A DNA stretch of 14,967 nucleotides from Snowella sp. (GTDB taxonomy: Bacteria > Cyanobacteriota > Cyanobacteriia > Cyanobacteriales > Microcystaceae): contig JAYKGY010000044.1 of assembly GCA_035285545.1 (NCBI GenBank), positions 1 to 14,967 of the forward strand, in the 5' to 3' direction. Position 1 is the first letter of the stretch. Each line of letters starts with the position of its first letter. This document shows positions 7,405 to 14,967 of this stretch, in pieces. A program made the position numbers and the translations under genes. The notes under the pieces were generated by a model. The model saw only the letters and a list, made by a program, of their open reading frames with translations. It was not told the origin of the DNA and did not search any database.

Positions 7405-9912
7405 ATGCTATCTAACAATCCTTTTCAAACACCTGGAATTAGCGGTTCAATCTTTTGTGAAGGTATTAATACAGAACCATTAAAGATTGTTCTGGACACC
7501 TATTTTAATCCTGAATTTAAGTCTGTAGTTTCGATTGCAATTACTGGAGAAACAGGTACAGGAAAAACGACTTTGTTAAATAAAGTTAAGCGTGAAATTG
7601 AAAACAACAGCAATGGATTTTTTACCAGTGTAGATGGCTATCAAATTACTGATATTGAGGATGTTGCCTATTATGTTCTTCGGGCATTCGTAAAAGAGCT
7701 AACTAGGCAGAGTCCATCAGGGGGATCTTTTATACAGCAATTAGCTACCAATATTGTTAATGAAAGCTTAAGTTTATCTAACCAAATTATTCAATTTGAA
7801 GTAAAGGATTTAGTCAAAAGATTTGATTTTTTTGCCCGTAATAAAGATATGGTTGAGAAAGTAAGAAGAGTTTATCAATCATATCATCCTGAATTTAATA
7901 TATCGTCTAATTTACTCAGAGCTATTCTGTGGACGTTATCAGCAGAAACAGCCAATGATAAGCCATTTTTATGTGCGAGTGCTATTGCATGGCTAAAAGG
8001 GGAACCAATTAATGAAAATGAAGCCAAGACTATGAAAATCCCCCCTCAATTTAGCATGATTAATAATAATAAAAAAGAGTCCTTTGATGCTTTATGTGAG
8101 TTGTTACGCATTGTATCTAAATATTATTCAGTAGTTCTTGCGTTTGATGAACTAGAGGCTATACCACCCGATCATTATGAACAGCCATTTTGGGTTAATT
8201 TTTCTGGTTTTATTAGCAATTTACACAATTATTTGCCTAATATACTTCAGAAAAATAAAGTGATATTAATAACGTCTTGGCTAGAAACTTCATGGATTCA
8301 ACTAAATAAATCTATATCTACAATAAGTATTACTGATCCGTCTACGATAAGTATGTATAATTCACATATTTTTAAACTATGTTCTCTACCATCTCTTAAT
8401 GGAAAGCCATTAAAACTTATTGATTTTTTGTCTAAAGATGAAGGTTTAAATTTAGTTGCTTTTTGGCTTAAAGAGTTAAACAAAAATTCTTCCCAGAATC
8501 CTTATGCTCCTCTTAAGCAATCTAAAATTGAGTCTTTCTTAAACAGTGGGCCAACACCTCGAAAACTTTGGAACTGGTGTGCAGAAGAATGGATAAAAGT
8601 GACAACAACTAAGACTTCTCTACAGGAAATCTTCAACTCTTATCACAGTAAAGTTGATGATAGCATTTTAAAAAATGATAATCGTATTGCTGACTTATTA
8701 GAGCTTAGTTTCAATTCAGTTAAAGGAGAAACTATCGAAAATGTTAGAGTCAATCAAACTCAGAAAATGCCCAAACCCAAACTTTCAAAATTCCAACTTT
8801 TACTAGAAGGTATCGAAAACCAAGAGAGCGTTAAAATTGGTATTGGTGTTTGTCAAGGCCCTGCCGCAACGGTGGGAGCAATGGTCAAACAATTACTTGA
8901 TTATCCAAGATATGAACTGACTCGTGGTTGTTTTATTCGCTCTAAAAGGCTAAAACTTGATCCAAAAACTAGGGCTTTTCAAAACATTCAACAGTTAGTT
9001 AATAATCAAGATGGTGAATATGTTGATTTAATTAATCATCAATTATTTGAACTAGAGGCTCTTTTTCAATCCCTCGACTTTTTTGAGAAAAATGGTATTA
9101 CCTTAACGCCACAGGACGAAGAATTTAAACGAAAAATCCTAACTCAAAATGGACTCATTAAAGAAATCTTAAGTACCCCCGAACCTAACTTAGACGATCT
9201 CGTTAAAGTTTGGAATCCAGCACCGACCAAAGAAAATGATCTTGACTTTGCTCCTAATAATGATGAATTTGAGAATTTAACATCTGATGATTTTGAAATT
9301 AATCAAGAAGAAGAAACAGACGAAATCTCAGATGGAAAAATCTTACAAGCAATTTATTTCAGTGTTGCCGATCTTTACCATGAAGACGTTCAAATTCTAA
9401 GCTATCGTTTTGTTGAAGGAGCAGTGCAAGGAATTTTTATTGACCTTGACCGTAACTGGTTCTTTGAATATCATCTTGACTTTGCTTCTAGTAGTATTAC
9501 CTATCGTCCTCATCAATTCATTGCCGACTTATCAGATTCAAAAACTCAACATTTATCCAAATTAAATAACGATGAAATTAATGTCATTTTAGATTTACTT
9601 TTGTTTATTAATCAATTTGGTGGAACGCTTACTATTCTCATGGATGAAGACTTTGAAGACGAAGATGCAGCCCTTGAAAAATATGGATTCTATCCTGCTT
9701 ATGAAGGTTCTTGTCCTGTTTTGTTTTACCAGAGTGGAGGCGAAATGTTAGCCTTGGGAACTTACTTTTTCTGGGGAGATGAAGAAATGGACGGTTTAGA
9801 TGACTTCTTTGTAAATGATAACAATGAAGGTGCTATGTATAACTTTGAAACCTTAACTGACGCACTCCAATTCCTTGCCCAACGATTAAATTATTATATT
9901 GCCGAGGCTTAA
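7405..9912 (+). CDS. Large P-loop NTPase (AAA+/BrxD-DUF2791-like) with C-terminal acidic extension
   Basis: Walker A GETGTGKT (7546-7569), Walker B VVLAFDELE (8131-8157), intervening AWLKGE and downstream PTPR motif. ATG 7405 is preferred over TTG 7369. Confidence 0.85.
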   Translation: MLSNNPFQTPGISGSIFCEGINTEPLKIVLDTYFNPEFKSVVSIAITGETGTGKTTLLNKVKREIENNSNGFFTSVDGYQITDIEDVAYYVLRAFVKELTRQSPSGGSFIQQLATNIVNESLSLSNQIIQFEVKDLVKRFDFFARNKDMVEKVRRVYQSYHPEFNISSNLLRAILWTLSAETANDKPFLCASAIAWLKGEPINENEAKTMKIPPQFSMINNNKKESFDALCELLRIVSKYYSVVLAFDELEAIPPDHYEQPFWVNFSGFISNLHNYLPNILQKNKVILITSWLETSWIQLNKSISTISITDPSTISMYNSHIFKLCSLPSLNGKPLKLIDFLSKDEGLNLVAFWLKELNKNSSQNPYAPLKQSKIESFLNSGPTPRKLWNWCAEEWIKVTTTKTSLQEIFNSYHSKVDDSILKNDNRIADLLELSFNSVKGETIENVRVNQTQKMPKPKLSKFQLLLEGIENQESVKIGIGVCQGPAATVGAMVKQLLDYPRYELTRGCFIRSKRLKLDPKTRAFQNIQQLVNNQDGEYVDLINHQLFELEALFQSLDFFEKNGITLTPQDEEFKRKILTQNGLIKEILSTPEPNLDDLVKVWNPAPTKENDLDFAPNNDEFENLTSDDFEINQEEETDEISDGKILQAIYFSVADLYHEDVQILSYRFVEGAVQGIFIDLDRNWFFEYHLDFASSSITYRPHQFIADLSDSKTQHLSKLNNDEINVILDLLLFINQFGGTLTILMDEDFEDEDAALEKYGFYPAYEGSCPVLFYQSGGEMLALGTYFFWGDEEMDGLDDFFVNDNNEGAMYNFETLTDALQFLAQRLNYYIAEA

Positions 9913-9936
9913 TAGTACCGCATTTTCAGTTAATAA

Positions 9937-11310
9937 ATGATTAATCTTTTTACTCTGTTAAAACTTTTTCCAAATGACTATAAAGCTCTAATTACGGGAC
10001 AAAAAACAACTCTTTTATACCGCCCTTATCCCATTAATCAATGTCATGTTATTGTTCCTAATGATAGCAAAGAATTTACAGCTAGATACTTTCTTCAGAT
10101 TGTCAATAATTACCCTATCAAAGATGATCAATCAAGACAAAAAATCATCCAATATCTCAATATAACTGAAGCAGACTTAGACGTTTACTATGAACATTTT
10201 GAAAAGGTCAATTTATACACCGTTCGGGTTTATACTTTTTTACCTGGAATTACGGTGCAACCTTCAACACCGTTAGGACATCAACCCTTACAAAATCTGA
10301 TCGCCGTTAACCAATACCGCCCTATCCTCGACGATCACACCTTTGAACAACTCTGCCGCAATCCGACCCAACCCCTTAACGAACTCGCCCAACTCATTCC
10401 CCAACTCTCAACCCTTGCCCTGACTAATCCCCAAGCCGAAGCTTTTATTTCCACTCTGCAAGCCCATCAACAACAAAAACCCCGCCCCCGTCCCCCTATT
10501 ACTGACTGGATCATCAATCAAGACATTATTAAGTTTGGTGAGTGGAGCATTCAAGAAGAAGAAGAAAGCGTTCACGCCCAGGGAACTCGCTTTGAAAATA
10601 TTGTCCGAACAGCTTTGAATTTTCTCGGTTTTTCCGTTGATGAATCCCATCAAGGCGGAGCAGGCGGCATTGATTTTTTTATTAGCAAACCCTACCCCAT
10701 TATTGGCGAGTGTAAATCTGGTAAAAATATTCCCAAAGATACCCCTAACCAACTTGTCCGCCTCGGTATCACCCATCTCGGAACCGACTGGTTAGCCAAA
10801 GCCGTAAAACTAATTATTGCCTCTGGTACTCCTACCCGCAACGTTACTGAATTTGCCCAACAAGCCGATACCTGTATCATGAACCATCACACCCTACAAA
10901 AACTGGTTTCCCTCCATGCTGAATATCCCAACGCCATTAACCTCTGGGAACTGAAAAAATACCTCGTAGCAGACAACGCCGAAGAAAAAATTGATCAATA
11001 TCTCCAGCAGGTTCGCCAGTCTATTGCTATCCGTGCCTTTATTGTCAAATTGGTCAAATATCTTCAAAGCCGTAGCTGTAAGAACTATATTTCCTTAGAG
11101 GCGATTGAAGCGGGCTATTCCCTCTACCAGCAACCTCCCCTTAACCGTTCCGAACTGCTCGCCATCCTTATCGAACTCTCTTCTCCTCTCACGGGCTACT
11201 TGGGAAGATATTTAAACTCTCAACCAAAATGCTATTACTTCTATTATCTCCACGATCTCCCCACCCCAGAGGAGTTCAAATTAGAGCTATCTTTTGAAGA
11301 AATCGTCTGA
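9937..11310 (+). CDS. DUF1802-like N-terminal domain fused to Mrr-type PD-(D/E)xK restriction endonuclease domain
   Basis: GTRFENIVRTALNFLGF...GGAGGID(10672)...GECK(10705-10716) catalytic pattern is intact. The N-terminal region resembles cyanobacterial DUF1802 proteins (from recall). The C-terminal ILIELSSPLTGYLGR region is wHTH-like. Confidence 0.8.
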   Translation: MINLFTLLKLFPNDYKALITGQKTTLLYRPYPINQCHVIVPNDSKEFTARYFLQIVNNYPIKDDQSRQKIIQYLNITEADLDVYYEHFEKVNLYTVRVYTFLPGITVQPSTPLGHQPLQNLIAVNQYRPILDDHTFEQLCRNPTQPLNELAQLIPQLSTLALTNPQAEAFISTLQAHQQQKPRPRPPITDWIINQDIIKFGEWSIQEEEESVHAQGTRFENIVRTALNFLGFSVDESHQGGAGGIDFFISKPYPIIGECKSGKNIPKDTPNQLVRLGITHLGTDWLAKAVKLIIASGTPTRNVTEFAQQADTCIMNHHTLQKLVSLHAEYPNAINLWELKKYLVADNAEEKIDQYLQQVRQSIAIRAFIVKLVKYLQSRSCKNYISLEAIEAGYSLYQQPPLNRSELLAILIELSSPLTGYLGRYLNSQPKCYYFYYLHDLPTPEEFKLELSFEEIV

Positions 11311-11405
11311 CCACAACGCTGACTCTATAATCAAATTAATCCTAAAAAATACGCCCCAGTGAAATTGTTGTCTTGTTAGTTTATTTATAAAAAAAGAGCG
11401 ATTAC

Positions 11406-11915
11406 TTACTCAAACAACCGAAAATAAGGATACCGCTTGGGAACCCCTGGTTCCTTTTCAAGATCAAAATTAATCACCTCCCAACAGGGATCATCCTTGG
11501 ATTCGGGGCTGAACTCCACAGGTAAGCCATAGAGCCGAGGAACCTGACTTTCCCCATTACCCCGCCAAGACGAATTACGCTCCAGATAGGCACTCACTAA
11601 CGATTTATAACGACTGGCAATCACAACCTTCGTGGCGCGATACCCTTCTGTATAGAGCCGATCCAATGCCTCATGAATCTCAAAGCGAATACCATCAGGA
11701 TGGGTGTGTTGCCGATACCATTCCCCATTCCAAAACCGCCAATGCCGTCCCGATTGGAGATGAACCAACTCCTTCGTTTCAGGATTCACCTCAAACGCAC
11801 CGTGACGAGAACAGAGATAGGTATCCGTTAACGTCAAACCTGGGATGATCTGACGACAATGAGGGCACTGAATTTCAGGGCCAAAAAAGGGGTACTGTAA
11901 ACCATGATTCATCAT
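11406..11915 (-). CDS. TIGR02652 family conserved cyanobacterial protein (putative Zn-binding)
   Basis: LQYPFFGPEIQCPHCRQ...LTLTDTYLCSRHGAFE and HTHPDGIRFEIHEALDRL are recognisable family motifs. Confidence 0.88.
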   Translation of the reverse strand: MMNHGLQYPFFGPEIQCPHCRQIIPGLTLTDTYLCSRHGAFEVNPETKELVHLQSGRHWRFWNGEWYRQHTHPDGIRFEIHEALDRLYTEGYRATKVVIASRYKSLVSAYLERNSSWRGNGESQVPRLYGLPVEFSPESKDDPCWEVINFDLEKEPGVPKRYPYFRLFE

Positions 11916-12103
11916 TAAGATTGGGCTGAAATATTTCGTCTATACCGTGCCTCGTGGATATATTATATCGATTAAATTTGGAGAGATTGGGGGCATTATC
12001 ATTTTCAAATACAGCCCTTCGTCCCGATGGGATACAAAGAGCTAAACTTTCTCATCTGCCAACTCCCTAATGTCTGATTCTTTGTCCTTCCTCTGAGTGA
12101 TCC

Positions 12104-12649
12104 ATGCTAGACCCTGCTGATTTAAATCCCTCCGTTTGTTTGCCCGATTGTTCCCAAGCGGCTTTTATTGCGCCAACTGCCTCGGTAATGGGCCAGGTCG
12201 CGATCGCGGAAGGCGTGAGTATTTGGTACAGTGCCGTTGTACGGGGAGATGTGGAAAAAATTGAAATCGGAGCCTATAGCAATATCCAAGACGGAGCCAT
12301 CCTACATGGCGATCCTGGTGAAATTACCGTTTTAGAAGACTATGTGACCGTAGGGCATCGCGCCGTGATTCATTCAGCCCATATCGAAAAAGGGTGCTTG
12401 ATTGGCATTGGAGCCATTATTTTAAACGGAGTTCGCATTGGGGAAGGTAGTATTATCGGAGCGGGTTCCGTCGTAACCAAAGATGTCCCGCCGCGATCGC
12501 TCGTCATGGGAGTCCCCGGCAAAAAAGTGCGAGACATTTCCGAAGAAGAAGCCCAACACCTGATAGAACACGCCCAAAACTACACCAAACTAGCCCTAGT
12601 CCACGCAGGAAAAAGCCAAGATCTTGGATTCACAACTCGCCAAGATTAG
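12104..12649 (+). CDS. Gamma carbonic anhydrase-like hexapeptide-repeat protein (YrdA/CaiE type)
   Basis: VVRGDV, SNIQDGAILH and VTVGHRAVIH (three His ligands), with left-handed beta-helix repeats. Confidence 0.92.
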   Translation: MLDPADLNPSVCLPDCSQAAFIAPTASVMGQVAIAEGVSIWYSAVVRGDVEKIEIGAYSNIQDGAILHGDPGEITVLEDYVTVGHRAVIHSAHIEKGCLIGIGAIILNGVRIGEGSIIGAGSVVTKDVPPRSLVMGVPGKKVRDISEEEAQHLIEHAQNYTKLALVHAGKSQDLGFTTRQD

Positions 12650-12712
12650 GATATAAATATTAGATAATGAGAAAAACTTAAATTTCTTCATAAATACTAA
12701 GAGGTTAAAATT

Positions 12713-12826
12713 ATGGATTGGCGCATTGTGATCGTTCTGAGTCCCCTAATCATTGCCGCAGTGTGGGCCGTTGTGAATATTGGTGCTGCTGCAATGCGAC
12801 AATTACAAGAAGCCTTAAACCGCTAG
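12713..12826 (+). CDS. psbY: Photosystem II protein Y
   Basis: Manual translation MDWRIVIVLSPLIIAAVWAVVNIGAAAMRQLQEALNR* (37 aa), with GAGG RBS upstream. Absent from the ORF track. Confidence 0.95.
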   Translation: MDWRIVIVLSPLIIAAVWAVVNIGAAAMRQLQEALNR

Positions 12827-12857
12827 AACAGAAAGATACATTGAATTGATTATTGAG

Positions 12858-12896
12858 AAGCCGACTGTTTGATTGCCAATAGCAGTCGGTTTTGTC
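12858..12896 (+). terminator. Probable intrinsic terminator after psbY
   Basis: Stem AAGCCGACTGTT (12858-12869) / AGCAGTCGGTTT (12881-12892), including G-U pairs, running into a short T tract. Confidence 0.7.
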
Positions 12897-12982
12897 TCAT
12901 ATTCATATAGTCTGATTTTCCCTCCCGTCAATTTTTTGGGTCGTAACAATCGATAAAATAGCAATACTCCAAAGTTTAGGTT

Positions 12983-14161
12983 ATGCTCCTTTCTAAACCC
13001 TTCCTAACCCGATTACAAATGTGGCTCGATGGCTCCGTTTTGTCGGTGATGGATCGCTATCTTATCGCTCAGTTAATTCCCCCTTTTTTCTTTAGTGTTG
13101 GATTAGTCGCCACCTTGGGAGTCGCGATCGGCTATCTCTCCGACCTCGCTAATAAAATCGTTGACAAACACTTACCCCTCATTCAAGCGGTTGAGATTCT
13201 GCTGCTAAAAGTCCCAGAATTTGTCGCCTACTCCCTGCCCGTTTCCGTCATGCTAGCGACCTTACTCACCTATGGGCGTTTGAGTAGTGATAGTGAATTA
13301 ATTGCCCTGCGCGGCTGTGGGATTAGTCTTTATCGGATTGTAGCTCCGGCTGTCCTGTTAAGTTTTCTGGCAACGGGAATAACGTTCCTCATTAGTGAAT
13401 TTGTCGTCCCAGCAGCCAACTATCAAGCCACTTCTATTTTGGTGGACTCTATCCAAGAAGAACATCGTTTTTGGCAAAATAAAGACATTTTTTATCCCGA
13501 ATTTGAGGAAGTCCAGTTAACCAATGGGCAAAAAGAAAGACGTTTAAAAAGTTTAGTCTATGCCGAAGAATTTGATGGCAAAAAAATGAAAGATCTCACA
13601 GTCTTGAGATGGACAGGCAATAGCCTCAATCAAATTGTGCTATCCGACAATGCAACCTGGAATAATCAAACCCAACAATGGGATTTTTTTAATGGCAGTA
13701 TTTATCAACTGTCTGCGGATGCTTCTTTGGGCAATTCTACGAGCTTTAAAAAAACCAAAATCGGACTCCCAAAAGCAGCCTTTGATTTTGCCCGCCAAGG
13801 CCGAGACCCCTACGAAATGAATATTTCTGAAGCGCAACAATACATGAAAATTTTGCGCCTGATTGGGGACACCAAAAAACTCACCTTTTTCGCCGTGAGA
13901 ACAGAACAAAAAATTGCCTTTCCCTTTGTCTGTGTTGTTTTTGGTTTAGTGGGTTCTGCCTTGGGTTCTCGTCCCCATCAAGTGAGTCGGGCAACGAGTT
14001 TTGGATTGTGTGTTGCTATTATTTTTATCTATTATTTATTAGCTTTCTTTTTGGGAAGTTTAGGCATGATTGAAATTTTAACCCCGACCCTGGCCGCCTG
14101 GTTGCCTAATATTATTGGTTTAGGCATTGGCGGATGGCTGATTTATCAATTTAATCGATAA
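12983..14161 (+). CDS. LptF/LptG (YjgP/YjgQ) family LPS export ABC permease
   Basis: MDRYL...PFFF, LPVSVMLATLLTYGRLSSDSELIALRGCGIS, a periplasmic beta domain, KIAFPF and AAWLPNII. Exact start is uncertain. Confidence 0.92.
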   Translation: MLLSKPFLTRLQMWLDGSVLSVMDRYLIAQLIPPFFFSVGLVATLGVAIGYLSDLANKIVDKHLPLIQAVEILLLKVPEFVAYSLPVSVMLATLLTYGRLSSDSELIALRGCGISLYRIVAPAVLLSFLATGITFLISEFVVPAANYQATSILVDSIQEEHRFWQNKDIFYPEFEEVQLTNGQKERRLKSLVYAEEFDGKKMKDLTVLRWTGNSLNQIVLSDNATWNNQTQQWDFFNGSIYQLSADASLGNSTSFKKTKIGLPKAAFDFARQGRDPYEMNISEAQQYMKILRLIGDTKKLTFFAVRTEQKIAFPFVCVVFGLVGSALGSRPHQVSRATSFGLCVAIIFIYYLLAFFLGSLGMIEILTPTLAAWLPNIIGLGIGGWLIYQFNR

Positions 14162-14163
14162 GC

Positions 14164-14967
14164 TTAAATAATAATTCGGGGTAAACGGTGTTTAAAACCG
14201 CATAAAATTTCCCAGGAAATGGTGCCTAATGTGTTGGCCCAATCATCCGCCGAAATAGCGCGATCGCCGTCTTGTCCGATGAGAGTAACGACTTCTCCCG
14301 CCTGTAAATTGGGTAAATGGCTAACATCCAACATCATTTGATCCATTGTGATCGCTCCGACTTGTTGCACCCATTGGCCGCGAATGAGCACTTTTAAACG
14401 ATTGGATAAATTACGGGGAATGCCATCAGCGTAACCAATACTGACAACCGCTAACTGCATTTCGCGATCGCTGACAAACTGATGCCCATAGCTCACCCCT
14501 GTTCCGGCGGGAATGGTTTTTACTTGAGTGATTTTAGCTTTGACTTGTAGAACAGGTTGCAGATCGATTTTGTCTCGTAAATGGAGAGCCGGATATAACC
14601 CGTATAAGCCCAGACCAACACGCACCATATCGTAATGCAGTTTTGCCCCATTTAAGGTCGCTGCGGAGTTGGCTAAATGCAATTTAGGGATAGTAAACCC
14701 TTGATGGCGAATGCTGGCGATCGCGGTTTCAAACCGTTGTTGTTGCCGTTTCATCATCGACGGGTCGGGATCATCCGCCGTTGCCAGATGGGAATAGACA
14801 CTAGCTAGATGCAAAGTCGGTAAACTTGCTACTCGTTGCACAAATTGCACCGCTTTTTGCCAATGGGTTCCTAACCGAGACATCCCCGTATCCAGCTTTA
14901 AATGTACCGGCAGTTTGCGCCCGATTTTTTCTAGGGTTTGGGAAAACAAAACCGCTTGGGACTCATG
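14164..14967 (-). CDS. alr: Alanine racemase (5' part lies beyond the window)
   Basis: VHLKLDTGMSRLG, SHLATAD, HLANSAA, VSYG, GYADG and ITMDQ. The frame stays open to the window edge. Confidence 0.96.
   Translation of the reverse strand, partial: HESQAVLFSQTLEKIGRKLPVHLKLDTGMSRLGTHWQKAVQFVQRVASLPTLHLASVYSHLATADDPDPSMMKRQQQRFETAIASIRHQGFTIPKLHLANSAATLNGAKLHYDMVRVGLGLYGLYPALHLRDKIDLQPVLQVKAKITQVKTIPAGTGVSYGHQFVSDREMQLAVVSIGYADGIPRNLSNRLKVLIRGQWVQQVGAITMDQMMLDVSHLPNLQAGEVVTLIGQDGDRAISADDWANTLGTISWEILCGFKHRLPRIII

Larger units (their letters stand above)
301..14724. repeat. HIP1 octamers (GCGATCGC), dispersed
   Basis: Counted by eye at 301, 2138, 2357, 2597, 2754, 3484, 3768, 4099, 4645, 5254, 6446, 6998, 7229, 12200, 12493, 14260, 14464 and 14717. 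Confidence 0.9.

Noticed and set aside
7405..9912. Calling the NTPase locus a BREX or McrBC system
   Set aside because: There is no pglX/pglZ/brxHI in the window and no McrB NxxD-type signature or McrC partner that I could recognise. The resemblance is limited to NTPase motifs.
6520..11327. GACTCTA at 6520 and 11321 flanking the three-gene unit as possible att or target-site repeats
   Set aside because: It is only 7 bp, with no integrase, tRNA or transposase adjacent, so it is expected by chance.
1766..13909. Short overlapping ORFs in the track (1766-2131, 3359-3562, 4942-5223, 5128-5319, 5377-5637, 5729-5923, 8298-8483, 10408-10776, 10692-10880, 11666-11848, 13635-13820, 13640-13909)
   Set aside because: They are shadow or alternate frames of well-supported genes, or an AT-rich intergenic TTG-start ORF, with no recognisable motifs.
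4128..14967. Functional link between the alanine symporter and alanine racemase
   Set aside because: They are separated by more than 8 kb of unrelated genes and are not an operon.
1..14967. CRISPR array, tRNA/rRNA or retron ncRNA
   Set aside because: No regularly spaced repeats, cloverleaf-like sequences or reverse transcriptase were seen.

Overview
Cyanobacterial chromosomal window: 18 HIP1 (GCGATCGC) octamers counted by eye, plus psbY and a TIGR02652-type gene. It opens with the 3' end and right terminal repeat of an IS5-family element. Housekeeping and transport genes follow: CDF cation transporter, hslO, a small membrane protein, mobA, a renalase-like flavoprotein and an alanine/glycine:cation symporter. 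The central accessory region holds a frameshifted Uma2 gene carrying a 21-nt HIP1-targeted micro-insertion. Next is a tightly packed three-gene unit (6888-11310): a coiled-coil/putative winged-helix protein, a large P-loop NTPase with a long acidic tail, and a DUF1802-like/Mrr-type PD-(D/E)xK nuclease. This unit is AT-rich and HIP1-free over most of its length, and is the best candidate for an uncharacterised anti-phage or restriction-like system. Core genes then resume: TIGR02652, gamma-CA-like, psbY (missing from the ORF track), lptF/G-family permease and a 5'-truncated alr. Family assignments come from motif recognition and recall, not database searches.
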